DNA of 64,000 nucleotides from Pirellulaceae bacterium. GTDB taxonomy: Bacteria; Planctomycetota; Planctomycetia; Pirellulales; Pirellulaceae. The notes beneath the pieces were generated by a model. The model did no database searches and had not been told where the DNA came from. It was given only the letters and a program-made list of their open reading frames with translations. The stretch covers positions 32,863-96,862 of the forward strand of contig JANNWJ010000006.1 of NCBI GenBank assembly GCA_031414755.1. The letters run 5' to 3'. Within the stretch, counting starts at the first letter, position 1; each line of letters starts with the position of its first letter. The position numbers were made by a program, and so were the translations under genes. Shown here one piece after another: positions 29,690-39,699 of this stretch.

Positions 29690-30058
29690 GCAAAAAACTC
29701 CAAAGCGTTCGACGATGGCCTGGTCATGGTGGTCGTCCGGTGAGCGATAATATTGTAAACCTCGCTGCTGCAACAATCAGCATTTGCCGCGCTGCGCCGT
29801 TATCGATGAGCACCGCACCCGACATACATTGAAGCGATGGCTTTCGAATTGCCCGGAAAATACAGCAGTTTGGCGACCTCTCGGCCAGCCGCCGGACGCG
29901 AACCCTAACAGCAAAAGCCGGATTTCTCCAAGCTCGATTTCGCTATTTACTCGTTTTCGGGATTGCGGATATTATGTACCGGATTGTCAACGTGCAAGGT
30001 CGCGCGTTTGTTTGGAATTCGATAACGGTCAATTGGATTGACCTCCGGAGATGGATCG

Positions 30059-31285
30059 ATGAGATATCCCGCTATTCTCGCAACGATCTCGCTGATCGTT
30101 TTCGCTGGTTGCCTTGTTTCCCCCGCTGCAGCCCAGCTCACTCAAAACAACAACCCGGCTGCTGGCAATGGTCAGGATGGCTCGTTTGTCTTCGTCCTTC
30201 AACTCGATGATCAGAGTTTGCAGGATCTTCGCAATGGCCAGCCTCTTCTCAGCAAGATTCCAGACGAACTTCGAAACAAGGTGACCGCCGTCCGCCTGGA
30301 ATATGTTCGAAACAACAACGTATCGCCCTTGCCAATTGCCAACCCCAATGGAGTTTCCACCGGGCAACAATTTGGCCCGCCGATCCCGGATTTCTTTCGA
30401 AATCAATTCAATCCCAATATAACTCAACCCGCGAGTACAAATTTCTCCCCGCAAGTTCAACCTAACGGTAGCAACAGCGGACTGACGCCCATGGCGCCGC
30501 GCAACGAACAAGTGCCTGCCTGGAATGCGCCCCGTTTCAACAATCCAGCGACAGGACAGGGTACCGGTAATCAGCCGACAAACAATCAACCCGGTACAAA
30601 CACGCCAACCTACAATTCGCCAGGCACCAACGTCGCTCCTCCATTTCGCCCGACGAATGACAGCTCCAGCCAGGGACAGCCAGGACCCAATCAAATTGAC
30701 ACGGCTCGGCAAAACCCAAGTTACAACACTTATTCACAAAACCCGAACAGCAACTCCAGCCTGCAAGCCATCGCCCCGAATCGCTACATTTACGATTCGA
30801 ACGGTAACCCTGTTTCGCAAGATAACAGGACGCAACAGCAAACCTATGAATCGTTGTTGGGGAACATGCAACAACAGATCAATACGTTGTCCCGGCAGTT
30901 GCCCGGCAACGACCAGCGAACCGATTCGTTGATCGCCGGACACCAGTATCCGGCAACCAACAATTATTCGTGGGACTCAGGCGGTTACGGGTTAGGGGGG
31001 GGAGGACTGTTGGCAAGTGTACGCGGATCTGCAGCGCAGACCGACCACCTGCCATCCGCATTTATTCCAGGAAATGCCTCCGATGAGCCGGCGATTGGTC
31101 AGCGCCGCGAGACGGCGTCCATTACAGCAGCAATCGAAGACGCTAATCGAAAAAATGCTTTTCTGTTCTTCTGGCTGATGTGTTCCATCGGTTTAAATAT
31201 TTATCTCGGCTGGATTTCTCGCGGATTCTATGTTCGCTACAGGGAATTGGCCGAAGAACTTCGCGAGACGTTTTCCACGGTTTAA
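30059..31285 (+). CDS. Secreted N/Q/P/G-rich low-complexity protein with a C-terminal TM anchor
   Basis: The signal peptide is MRYPAILATISLIVFAGCLVSPAAAQ. A tract of more than 200 aa is N/Q/P/T-rich. The C-terminal region is FLFFWLMCSIGLNIYLGWISRGFYVRY. Confidence 0.6.
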   Translation: MRYPAILATISLIVFAGCLVSPAAAQLTQNNNPAAGNGQDGSFVFVLQLDDQSLQDLRNGQPLLSKIPDELRNKVTAVRLEYVRNNNVSPLPIANPNGVSTGQQFGPPIPDFFRNQFNPNITQPASTNFSPQVQPNGSNSGLTPMAPRNEQVPAWNAPRFNNPATGQGTGNQPTNNQPGTNTPTYNSPGTNVAPPFRPTNDSSSQGQPGPNQIDTARQNPSYNTYSQNPNSNSSLQAIAPNRYIYDSNGNPVSQDNRTQQQTYESLLGNMQQQINTLSRQLPGNDQRTDSLIAGHQYPATNNYSWDSGGYGLGGGGLLASVRGSAAQTDHLPSAFIPGNASDEPAIGQRRETASITAAIEDANRKNAFLFFWLMCSIGLNIYLGWISRGFYVRYRELAEELRETFSTV

Positions 31286-31485
31286 TCGGCGGAGCGCCCG
31301 ACAAGTCAAGCTAATTCGTGTATATCCCTACCCGTTAAAAACTATGTTTTCACTGAATTTCGCTATTTACTCGATGGGCTAAACCCGGCAAAATGCTGCC
31401 GCCAAAAACCCGCCGGGCGGCAAGAACAAACTGTACGATGGATTGTGCGGTTGGTTAAACAAAACAAAGCAATGGAGTGCTCAAA

Positions 31486-32094
31486 ATGTCGTTTCGCAAG
31501 CTAGTAATCGCCGCAATCGCTTGTTGCGGCTGGATGATCGTTTCGCCGGTCGCTGTCGTGTTTGCCCAACAGGGCGTTTGCGTCGTCGATGTCGCCGAGG
31601 TTTTCAAGAATCATGCCGGATTCAACCAGCAGATCGAAAACCTGAAACAACAGGCCGAGCAATTCAAATTTGAATTGCAGCGGCAAGGCGAACAACTCCA
31701 GGCCCGCGGCGATCATCTCAAGGACTTCCAGATTGGATCCCCTGAATTCAAGCAACTGGAATCAGAACTGGCACAAGCCAGCGCCAGCCTGGAAGTCGAA
31801 CGTCGCGCCAAGACCCGTGAATTTGTGCAATTCGAAGCCCAGTTGCATTTCGACACCTATGTTCAGGTTACCCAACTAATTTCGCAACTGTGCGAACAAC
31901 GCGGATATCGATGTGCCCTGCGCTATGACAGTCTTTCCACAGACGCAAACAATCCGGAATCGATTATGCAGCGTGTCAATGAGTACGTAATCTTTCACCA
32001 GCCACAAATCGATATTACCGCCGAAATTATCAAGTCCCTGAATGCCAGTGTCCCCCAGACCGGCAACGCACCACTATCCACGCAAGATCGCTAA
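31486..32094 (+). CDS. OmpH/Skp-family periplasmic chaperone
   Basis: A signal peptide is followed by VDVAEVFKNHAGF..QIENLKQQAEQFKFELQRQGEQLQ, a coiled-coil Skp pattern. The gene lies upstream of lpx genes. Confidence 0.75.
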   Translation: MSFRKLVIAAIACCGWMIVSPVAVVFAQQGVCVVDVAEVFKNHAGFNQQIENLKQQAEQFKFELQRQGEQLQARGDHLKDFQIGSPEFKQLESELAQASASLEVERRAKTREFVQFEAQLHFDTYVQVTQLISQLCEQRGYRCALRYDSLSTDANNPESIMQRVNEYVIFHQPQIDITAEIIKSLNASVPQTGNAPLSTQDR

Positions 32095-32179
32095 CCGGAT
32101 TGCCAGTTTCGGCAACGGTGAAGCCAGCTTCGCCTGACTTCAAAAAATCGTTGCTACTGCCTGTCTACAGGAATTCAAA

Positions 32180-33067
32180 GTGTCTGAACCAAGATTTCAA
32201 AACACGATTTGCAAGCCGGTTGCCCTGACCGGGTTTGGCTATTGGTCCGGACTCGATGTTACAGTCGAACTGCGTCCTGCGGTGGAAAATACGGGAATAC
32301 GTTTTGTTCGATGCGACATGCTGAATCAACCTGTGATTCCTGCCCAAATCAGCTTGCGAACACAATCACCCCGCCGAACAACTATTGGTCGCGGTCCGGC
32401 ATCGGTCGAAATGATCGAACACATCATGGCAGCGCTTTACGGGTTACAGATCGACAATTGCATTATCGCGGTCAACCGTACAGAAATGCCCGGGTTCGAC
32501 GGTTCGGCACAATCGTTTGTTGACGCGATTGATTATGCCGGCAAAGCGACCCAATCTTCGCTCAAATCACAAATCCGGGTCCATGAAACCATTCGTATCG
32601 GCGACGACGAAAATTGCTGGATTCAAATTGAGCCAGCCAATGATTTTCGAGTCTCCTATCACCTGGTCTATCCTCAACCTCAAATTGGTCGCCAGTCGTT
32701 CGCGTCGGTCATAAACGAAAAGACTTTCAGAACCGAACTCGCGACCGCCCGAACATTTTTGCTGAAACATGAGGCCGAGTGGTTGTTACAACAAGGCCTT
32801 GGTCAACGGGTGAGTTACCAGCATGTTCTTGTGTTTGGTGAAAACGGCCCGATCGACAACCAGCTCCGCTTTGAAAACGAGTGCGTCCGCCACAAAACGC
32901 TGGATGTGATTGGAGACCTTGCCTTGTGTGGCCACGAAGTCATTGGACACGTCACCGCCAGTCGCACCGGGCACCGCCTTAACGGTGAACTCGTTCAACG
33001 CCTGCTAAAACACGGAGCGATTATGCATGCGTCGAAACAATCGATTGTCTCAAGCAAATCCGCCTGA
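32180..33067 (+). CDS. lpxC: UDP-3-O-acyl-N-acetylglucosamine deacetylase
   Basis: QNTI..PVALTGFGYWSG..V.V.L.PA...GI.F.R, EHIMAAL, FVRHKTLDVIGDLAL and SRTGHRLN match LpxC. Confidence 0.9.
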   Translation: MSEPRFQNTICKPVALTGFGYWSGLDVTVELRPAVENTGIRFVRCDMLNQPVIPAQISLRTQSPRRTTIGRGPASVEMIEHIMAALYGLQIDNCIIAVNRTEMPGFDGSAQSFVDAIDYAGKATQSSLKSQIRVHETIRIGDDENCWIQIEPANDFRVSYHLVYPQPQIGRQSFASVINEKTFRTELATARTFLLKHEAEWLLQQGLGQRVSYQHVLVFGENGPIDNQLRFENECVRHKTLDVIGDLALCGHEVIGHVTASRTGHRLNGELVQRLLKHGAIMHASKQSIVSSKSA

Positions 33068-33151
33068 ACCCCTTCAACCACAAGAGCCAACCGCGTGGAC
33101 GACATTATTCCCTTCGAGCCACTTGCCACTGATCTGAGACGGGCCAGACCT

Positions 33152-33961
33152 ATGCCACCTAAAATTTCCAGTTTGGCGAGCGTCGACCGAAACGCACAAA
33201 TTGGGAACAACGTTGAAATTGGTCCCTTTTGCGTTGTCGGACCGGATACCATCATCGGCGATGGAACCGTTCTGAACAGCAACGTGACCCTGATCGGTCG
33301 CGTGACCATCGGAAAAAACAATGTCGTGCATGCCGGTGTCGTCATTGGCGGCGAACCGCAAGATGTCAACTACGATGGTTCGCCGACTGAAGTCATCATC
33401 GGTGATCGAAACGTGTTTCGGGAATGCGTGACCATCAATCGCGCAACGACCAAGGAACACGGCATAACCATGATCGGCAGCGATTGTTTTTTTATGGCCT
33501 GTGTTCACATAGCCCATGATTGCCAGGTTGGCAATTTTGTAAAAATAGCTAACGCAACCCTGCTCGGCGGCCATGTCCACGTTCTTGATTACGCCACGAT
33601 TTCAGGAAATGCCGGCGTCCATCACTTTACGAGAATCGGTGACTATTCATTCGTAACCGGCGTCGGCCGTGTGATTCAGGATGTTCCGCCTTATTTACTG
33701 GTGGAGGGTAATCCTTCACGTCCGCGATGCGTGAACGTTGTCGCCCTGAAACGAAATAACTTTTCCAACGAATCAATCAAGATGATCAACGAGGCCTATC
33801 GCCTGATTTATCGCTCTCGCGTCGGACTGGACACGGCAAGGGAAATCCTGCAAGGCAAGTCGCATTGGTGTCCGCAAGTCAAACACATGCTGGATTTTAT
33901 CGAATACCAGCAAGAAGGTCGACATGGACGAGGTCGCGAACAAACAAGGAGAGCCGCGTGA
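33152..33961 (+). CDS. lpxA: Acyl-ACP--UDP-N-acetylglucosamine O-acyltransferase
   Basis: Hexapeptide repeats are followed by the LpxA C-terminal helical domain (NVVALKRNNFSNESIKMINEAYRLIY). An alternative GTG start lies at 33095. Confidence 0.9.
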   Translation: MPPKISSLASVDRNAQIGNNVEIGPFCVVGPDTIIGDGTVLNSNVTLIGRVTIGKNNVVHAGVVIGGEPQDVNYDGSPTEVIIGDRNVFRECVTINRATTKEHGITMIGSDCFFMACVHIAHDCQVGNFVKIANATLLGGHVHVLDYATISGNAGVHHFTRIGDYSFVTGVGRVIQDVPPYLLVEGNPSRPRCVNVVALKRNNFSNESIKMINEAYRLIYRSRVGLDTAREILQGKSHWCPQVKHMLDFIEYQQEGRHGRGREQTRRAA

Positions 33962-35058
33962 GCTGTTTAAGATTGGCGATAATCGGCGGGGGACATCTTG
34001 GCCGAATCCATACGCGGCTTGCCGCTCAATTGCCCGATACAAAACTGGTTGCTGTTGTCGAACCGAACCCTGAGGCCGCTGCGGCAATCGCCGCCGAATT
34101 CGGCTGCCGAACGGTCGATGACTTTTCCAAAATCGACAACGAAATAGACGCGGCCATTGTCGCCGCACCCACCCCGACGCATTTCCAGATCGCTGACCGG
34201 TTGTTGCGGCGCAATATCCATTTGTTGGTCGAAAAACCAATCACAACCACAGCACCCCAGGCCGACCGCCTGATCGACCTGGCTGATCAAAACGGCCTGA
34301 TATTGCAGGTCGGTCATGTTGAACGATTCAATCCGGCCTTTGAACATTCGGCAGCCACGCTGCCGGTCGCCCGTTATTTCGATGCCTGTCGAATGAGCGG
34401 CTACACGTTTCGCTCTACCGATATTGGCGTCGTTCATGATTTGATGATTCATGATATCGACCTGATCTGTTCGTTGGTGGACAGCCCTCTCATCGAAACG
34501 CGAGCCGTGGGAATTTCCGTTTTTGGCCCCCACGAAGACATTGCCCAGGCGCGTCTGGAATTCAGTGACGGTACGGTTGCCAATCTGACTGCCTCCCGCT
34601 GCAGCTTCGAATCAGCCCGAAAGATTTCGTGGTTCAGCGAGAATGGGTACGTTGCTGCCGACCTTGCAACCGGCATCGTTCGATCGGCTGTCGTTTCGGC
34701 CTTTATCAACAAGGACCTGCGACGCGACGTTGCTGACTTGTTGCCGCACCAGAATAAAAGGGTTCGAGAATCGTTGTTCGAAAGCGTCTTGCCTGTTCAA
34801 ACAACGACACTCGAGCCACAGAACGCAATTCAAAAAGAACAACAGGACTTTGTCGACTCCATTCGCACAGGTCGCCAGCCGCGAGTGGACGGTCGCGCCG
34901 GTCGGCGCGCCGTGGCAATCGCCCAGTCCATCCTGGATTCGATAAGCAAGCATCAATGGCAAGACGGGCAATCGTCCCGCGTCGGTCATCAAGCCCAGCG
35001 GCTCAATTTGCAACCCTTCCATACTGTTCCATCAATGCCGAAAATTCGCGCCGCTTGA
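33958..35058 (+). CDS. Gfo/Idh/MocA-family NAD-dependent oxidoreductase coupled to lpxA
   Basis: The GTG at 33958 overlaps the lpxA stop (GTGA). LAIIGGGHLGRIH...EKP (Rossmann + EKP motif) and GHVERFNP are present. Confidence 0.8.
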   Translation: MSCLRLAIIGGGHLGRIHTRLAAQLPDTKLVAVVEPNPEAAAAIAAEFGCRTVDDFSKIDNEIDAAIVAAPTPTHFQIADRLLRRNIHLLVEKPITTTAPQADRLIDLADQNGLILQVGHVERFNPAFEHSAATLPVARYFDACRMSGYTFRSTDIGVVHDLMIHDIDLICSLVDSPLIETRAVGISVFGPHEDIAQARLEFSDGTVANLTASRCSFESARKISWFSENGYVAADLATGIVRSAVVSAFINKDLRRDVADLLPHQNKRVRESLFESVLPVQTTTLEPQNAIQKEQQDFVDSIRTGRQPRVDGRAGRRAVAIAQSILDSISKHQWQDGQSSRVGHQAQRLNLQPFHTVPSMPKIRAA

Positions 35059-35085
35059 TTTGGCGGCGCTGAAAATCGGATACAA

Positions 35086-36981
35086 CTACGCCAGGTCGCG
35101 GTCTTCAAACAGTACCAGCGCAAGCAACAACGCGATCAAGCCGTAAAGACCGCAATAGACGGTTGACCAACCGAGGTATGAAATCGGTACCGTGACATTT
35201 CCGGTAATCGCCGCATTGATGTCAAAGTGGTCGAGCACCGGGAAAATGATGGATATCACCTGCCCGAATACGACCACACCCTCGAACGACTGCGCGACTT
35301 CTGCCGATTGAACAATTAATGGTGTCAGGTGGCCGAGAACATAAATCGAAAAACAAATCATAAAGTTGGCCAGGATTCCAAGGCGCGTTGAAATTACCAC
35401 ACTGATCGCAGCAAAGACCATCGCCTCCAGCCACGCCAAAACGAGTCCTGGAATCGTGTTGGTCGCTTCGCGAAAACAGTTTTCCCACGAGAAGTCCCGG
35501 ATCGTCGACTCCTGGCTATCGTAAATCGGCTTGTACGAAACCCAGATAATGAACCAGATTCCGACAAGGATAAACAACAACGCAATGGTCATTCCGATTC
35601 CGGAATATTTGCCCAGAATAAACTGGCGGCGGCTAATCGGCTTGCTCAAGACCGTTAAAGCGGTTCGCCCTTCGATTTCTTCAGCAAGCGATTTGCTGGC
35701 GGCCCAAACTGCCAGAAAAATTCCGAGCACACGGATCAGCGTCAGCCCGGAATCCTTGTACATCTTGATGTCTTCGCCAAAAGTATTGTATGGAATATAA
35801 ACCGAACCCACCACAAATACGATTCCGATAATAAACAGGATAAGGAAGACGGGTTGCGACACCTCCGTCTTGAATGTTGAATGGGCGACTGCGTAGATTT
35901 TAGGAAACGCTGCCGTGAACATGAAATAGGCAAGGTACAAAAACACTACAGAACCGGCGGCCCAGTAGAACAAATATGCTTCCGGATACCTGGGTGCCGT
36001 TTGCCAAACCAGCGTCAAAACGGCCGGACCGGTTCCCCGGTTGGCGATGTACAACTGAGGTATAAACTCATCTGGAAATCGTTTGTCCTCGGGACCACGA
36101 ACATATACGATGTAATCATCGTTTTGGGCTATGTCCAGCAACTGAAGTTGAGACAGCTCGTCCGTTATCGGCTGCGACGCAATGTCAACGGGCTGGTTTG
36201 ACCGGACACGCATCCAGGTTAACTGCCAACCATTTAGGGCGGCTTCCGACACGAGATACCCGCCCGGAGGAGTAGGATTTGGCAGACTGATTTCGGTCCG
36301 GGATTCGCCAGTACCGGGCAACTGGGCCGCTGAACGAAGCAACATTTCCGGTTCGTCTACCGGAATCAGGATTCCAAAACCCTCGGCTTTCGCCAATCCG
36401 TAGCCGAGCACCGAGAACAGCGCTGCACTTACGCAAACGATCGAAGTCCAGTAAAGGAATCCGGTTGTCATTGAATGCTGAATATCATCTCTGCGCTTTT
36501 CAGAAACGGCGGCCAATAAACCGAATCCGGTCAACAGACATCCGCCACCGTAATACAATACCATCAAAAACAAATGGCTTCGCCATTTGTCGGGCTCCAT
36601 ATCACCTCGAGTCCAATAGCCCATCGACGATGTATACCAGTACAGCAATCCAAAAAACGCCGCCGCCAGCCCTAACCCGACTGCAAGTCTTAAACCGTTT
36701 TTTTCGTAGATCCGATTAACCCACGGGACTCGGGAAAGTGCCAACAGGAGCGCCCATAAGGCCAGAACGAAAACAAACCCGATCGCGATCCCCGTCATCA
36801 GCATCCACACGGGAGTCAGCCAACTCGTAATTCGATCGGATTGACCAAGCAACAACCACATACAGACTATGTCCCATTCCAGAAGGCGTTTTTGATGACG
36901 AGCATTTATCGATCGGTATGACAGGCAAAATTCATTGCTGGTCTCCCCACGAAACCCGGAGGCTACGTGACCCCAAGGCAT
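35086..36981 (-). CDS. ABC-2-type transporter permease-like polytopic membrane protein with no adjacent ATPase
   Basis: The C-terminal half EIEGRTALTVLSKPISRRQFILGKYSGI is an ABC-2/NosY-like signature. The N-terminal half adds extra TMs and a soluble loop. The start is uncertain (36981 or 36861). Confidence 0.6.
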   Translation of the reverse strand: MPWGHVASGFRGETSNEFCLSYRSINARHQKRLLEWDIVCMWLLLGQSDRITSWLTPVWMLMTGIAIGFVFVLALWALLLALSRVPWVNRIYEKNGLRLAVGLGLAAAFFGLLYWYTSSMGYWTRGDMEPDKWRSHLFLMVLYYGGGCLLTGFGLLAAVSEKRRDDIQHSMTTGFLYWTSIVCVSAALFSVLGYGLAKAEGFGILIPVDEPEMLLRSAAQLPGTGESRTEISLPNPTPPGGYLVSEAALNGWQLTWMRVRSNQPVDIASQPITDELSQLQLLDIAQNDDYIVYVRGPEDKRFPDEFIPQLYIANRGTGPAVLTLVWQTAPRYPEAYLFYWAAGSVVFLYLAYFMFTAAFPKIYAVAHSTFKTEVSQPVFLILFIIGIVFVVGSVYIPYNTFGEDIKMYKDSGLTLIRVLGIFLAVWAASKSLAEEIEGRTALTVLSKPISRRQFILGKYSGIGMTIALLFILVGIWFIIWVSYKPIYDSQESTIRDFSWENCFREATNTIPGLVLAWLEAMVFAAISVVISTRLGILANFMICFSIYVLGHLTPLIVQSAEVAQSFEGVVVFGQVISIIFPVLDHFDINAAITGNVTVPISYLGWSTVYCGLYGLIALLLALVLFEDRDLA

Positions 36982-37150
36982 TTACGGGTATTATGACCTG
37001 ACAGTCCAACCGTCGCTACCGGGGCGCTGCAGGTTCCTTGACTGGACGGGCCGATGCTGTTGCTCCGGGCTGGCGATAATTCCAGACTACAGGGATCGGT
37101 TCAAGGCGATCGCAAAAACATTTTTCGTCCGCCGCTGAGTGAATATCGCA

Positions 37151-37188
37151 ATAAAAAACCCCACCGCTTGCAATCGCGAACGGTGGGG
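37151..37188 (-). terminator. Rho-independent terminator on the minus strand, upstream of the permease gene
   Basis: On the minus strand, CCCCACCG-(14 nt loop)-CGGTGGGG is followed by TTTTTTAT. Confidence 0.7.
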
Positions 37189-37283
37189 CCGGAACAGAGA
37201 AGAGGCCGATTTGATTCAGGATTTTTCCGAGGCGGTCAACGAGTTGAGTCAACCAAAACGGGCTCTCTTGAATCGGTTATGAA

Positions 37284-37312
37284 ACTGTAAATAACACAAT
37301 TTATCTTATCAA
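37284..37312 (-). promoter_or_regulatory. Sigma70-like promoter candidate on the minus strand (TTGATA-17 nt-TACAGT)
   Basis: The -35 TTGATA is at 37312-37307 and the -10 TACAGT at 37289-37284, with exact 17-nt spacing, ~100 nt upstream of the terminator at 37188-37151. Confidence 0.45.
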
Positions 37313-37603
37313 GTTCCTACCCACTGTCCAGCTTTTGCCAGGAATCTTTTGAAAAAGCAGTAACCCAATCGACTGACAATTTACCCTTTTGTTAATAACC
37401 GAAAGTTTTCCGTTCCGGTCGTCATGCAACGGTCAGCGGTAGAATCAGCGCCCTTTGACCTGGTGGGCCAACGGGTTGGGGAATGGCTTACCGATCCCGC
37501 TCGTTACCGATAGACTGCCAAATCCCGAACCGGAAACCATTCAAATAACACTCCCCGTTTGACGACAAGATTTTTGACGGGCTACAGGACAGACCCAGAA
37601 AAC

Positions 37604-38389
37604 ATGAAAGAATACCTCGATGCTTGTTGTCACGCTGCACGCGCCGGCGGCCAGCAACTGGAAGCCTGGCGAAACAAATTTACAACGCGGAACAAAAGCA
37701 AGAACGACCTTGTGACGGATGCCGATTTCGCTTCGCAACAGGCCATCCACGATTACCTTTACGAACGCTTTCCCGATCATCGATTCGTGGGTGAAGAAAA
37801 TATTGATTTGCCAATGACTGGAAACACCCAATCGGAATTCTTGTGGATTGTCGATCCGCTGGATGGGACCCTTAATTACGTACATCAACTTCCATTCTGG
37901 TCGGTCTCTGTCGCCCTGATGCGTGGCGAACAAGTCATCGCCGGTGCGGTCTACGACCCCTGGCTGGATGAATTGTATTCCGCCAGTCTCGAAACACCGG
38001 CCAAACTCAATGGCAACCTGCTGCAGAGCAGCGCTTGTGAAAAGATCGAGGATGCACTGTTGATCGCAAGCCTGCCAACCAATGTGCAACGCGATTCAAC
38101 CGACATTGCCGACGTCGTCAATTTGTTTTGTACCGCGCGTTCCGTTCGGCGACTCGGTTCTGCCGCACTTAATCTGTGCTACGTCGCGGCAGGCCGGGCG
38201 GATGGATACTGGGCAACGAATTTGAAACTCTGGGATATGGCGGCGGGCTGGCTGATTGTCGAGCGAGCGGGAGGTGTCGTTACCAACCTTGCCGGTGATC
38301 CGATCGACCTGGATCGTCCCGCACTGGTTGCTTCCGCCAACGCAACACTCGGAAAACAAATCCGTAACGCCGTGAACTGGGTGCCGTAA
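37604..38389 (+). CDS. Inositol monophosphatase family protein (SuhB/CysQ-like)
   Basis: FVGEE, WIVDPLDGTLNYVH and WDMAAGWLIVERAGG are present. Confidence 0.85.
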   Translation: MKEYLDACCHAARAGGQQLEAWRNKFTTRNKSKNDLVTDADFASQQAIHDYLYERFPDHRFVGEENIDLPMTGNTQSEFLWIVDPLDGTLNYVHQLPFWSVSVALMRGEQVIAGAVYDPWLDELYSASLETPAKLNGNLLQSSACEKIEDALLIASLPTNVQRDSTDIADVVNLFCTARSVRRLGSAALNLCYVAAGRADGYWATNLKLWDMAAGWLIVERAGGVVTNLAGDPIDLDRPALVASANATLGKQIRNAVNWVP

Positions 38390-38434
38390 CAGCGCGTTGC
38401 TTGTTGCCTCCTACGAGGACTGCGATGACGTTAC

Positions 38435-39565
38435 TTATCGACCCAGCCAACCGAACGTAACCCAGGCAATCGGTAAGAAGACAATCACGGGCAGCCAGGC
38501 GGCAAGGGCAGGGGGATCAATAATTCGTGACACCCCCAGTGATTGCGAAGCGATCATCACCAGCGACATCAATGTCACGACGATCATGCACATACCTGCC
38601 GAGAGGAACAGGTTTCGTTCCCCTCTGGCGATTATCAATGGCAATCCGATTAACAATATCGACAAATCAAATACCGGTTGCACGATTCGCCCGTGGATGT
38701 CAACACGAAGGCGATTGGTCATGCCGTTTCCAGGTTGTCGATACTCACGGATCATCGCCGGCAAAGAGGCGTTTCGGGACAACTGCGAAGCAAACGCAAG
38801 TTGAACGGTGTCGACGTCGGAAACCAGGAACAATTGATTCGGCTCAAGCCAACGAGTTTGCGCCGGAACCAAAACGACATCTTCTCCCCCCTCACTTTGA
38901 ATATTCTGAATCACGTCGCTGGCAACGGACGATTGCTTGAGCAGGTATCCGCCGGGGTGTTCATTGGATTTTGGCAACCATTCACCGGACTCGGCGACAA
39001 TGGTATTTCCGGCGATTCCCCACTCATGAGGTGTCGTAAATTCCGGCATGGTAATGGTCTGTCGCACCGGCATGACTTCCTGGCCACGAATGACGACCCG
39101 GGATATGGGGTCTTTCGTCATGTTGGGAGAACGGCCTTTGCCAGCAGCAAAATCCTGGGCATTCATCACCAATACGTTGCGAAAACGCGGAACAAGTATT
39201 TCCCGGTTAACGACTCCCAATAACAGGACCATGATCGTCACGACAAGAACCGGGCGAACGATGCGACGATTGGAAATCCCACCCGCCTGAATGGCCGTTA
39301 ACTCATTGGTTCGTTGCATCAATGACAAGCAAAAAACAGCCGCGATCAGCGACATTATGGCCGCAGTCTTGTCGAAGAACTGCAAAATCCTTGGGCCATA
39401 GTATTCGACGATAACGTTGAACATCGAGTTGGAACGGGAAAGTGCCAGGAATTCATCCAGATTCGAGAACGCATCGATCACGACATACAGGCCCGAGAAG
39501 CTGAGAAAGCAAATCACAAAAACCTTGATAAAGGAAACGATAATATAGCGGTCGATAATCGGCAT
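38435..39565 (-). CDS. LptF/LptG-family (YjgP/YjgQ) LPS export permease
   Basis: The ATG at 39565 gives MPIIDRYIIVSFIKVFVICFLSFSGLYVVIDAFSNLDEF, the canonical LptF/G N-terminus. The architecture is 3+3 TM with a central periplasmic domain. Confidence 0.8.
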   Translation of the reverse strand: MPIIDRYIIVSFIKVFVICFLSFSGLYVVIDAFSNLDEFLALSRSNSMFNVIVEYYGPRILQFFDKTAAIMSLIAAVFCLSLMQRTNELTAIQAGGISNRRIVRPVLVVTIMVLLLGVVNREILVPRFRNVLVMNAQDFAAGKGRSPNMTKDPISRVVIRGQEVMPVRQTITMPEFTTPHEWGIAGNTIVAESGEWLPKSNEHPGGYLLKQSSVASDVIQNIQSEGGEDVVLVPAQTRWLEPNQLFLVSDVDTVQLAFASQLSRNASLPAMIREYRQPGNGMTNRLRVDIHGRIVQPVFDLSILLIGLPLIIARGERNLFLSAGMCMIVVTLMSLVMIASQSLGVSRIIDPPALAAWLPVIVFLPIAWVTFGWLGR

Positions 39566-39699
39566 CCGGCCCTGAATTTCCCGCCGACTCGCCTTCGATG
39601 GCAAGCAGCTACGCGTGATTGATGGCAATGGACAAGCATCGGCATTATAAAAGGGGAATCCGAATACCAGCGATAGCGATTTTTCCCTGTTTTTGCGAT

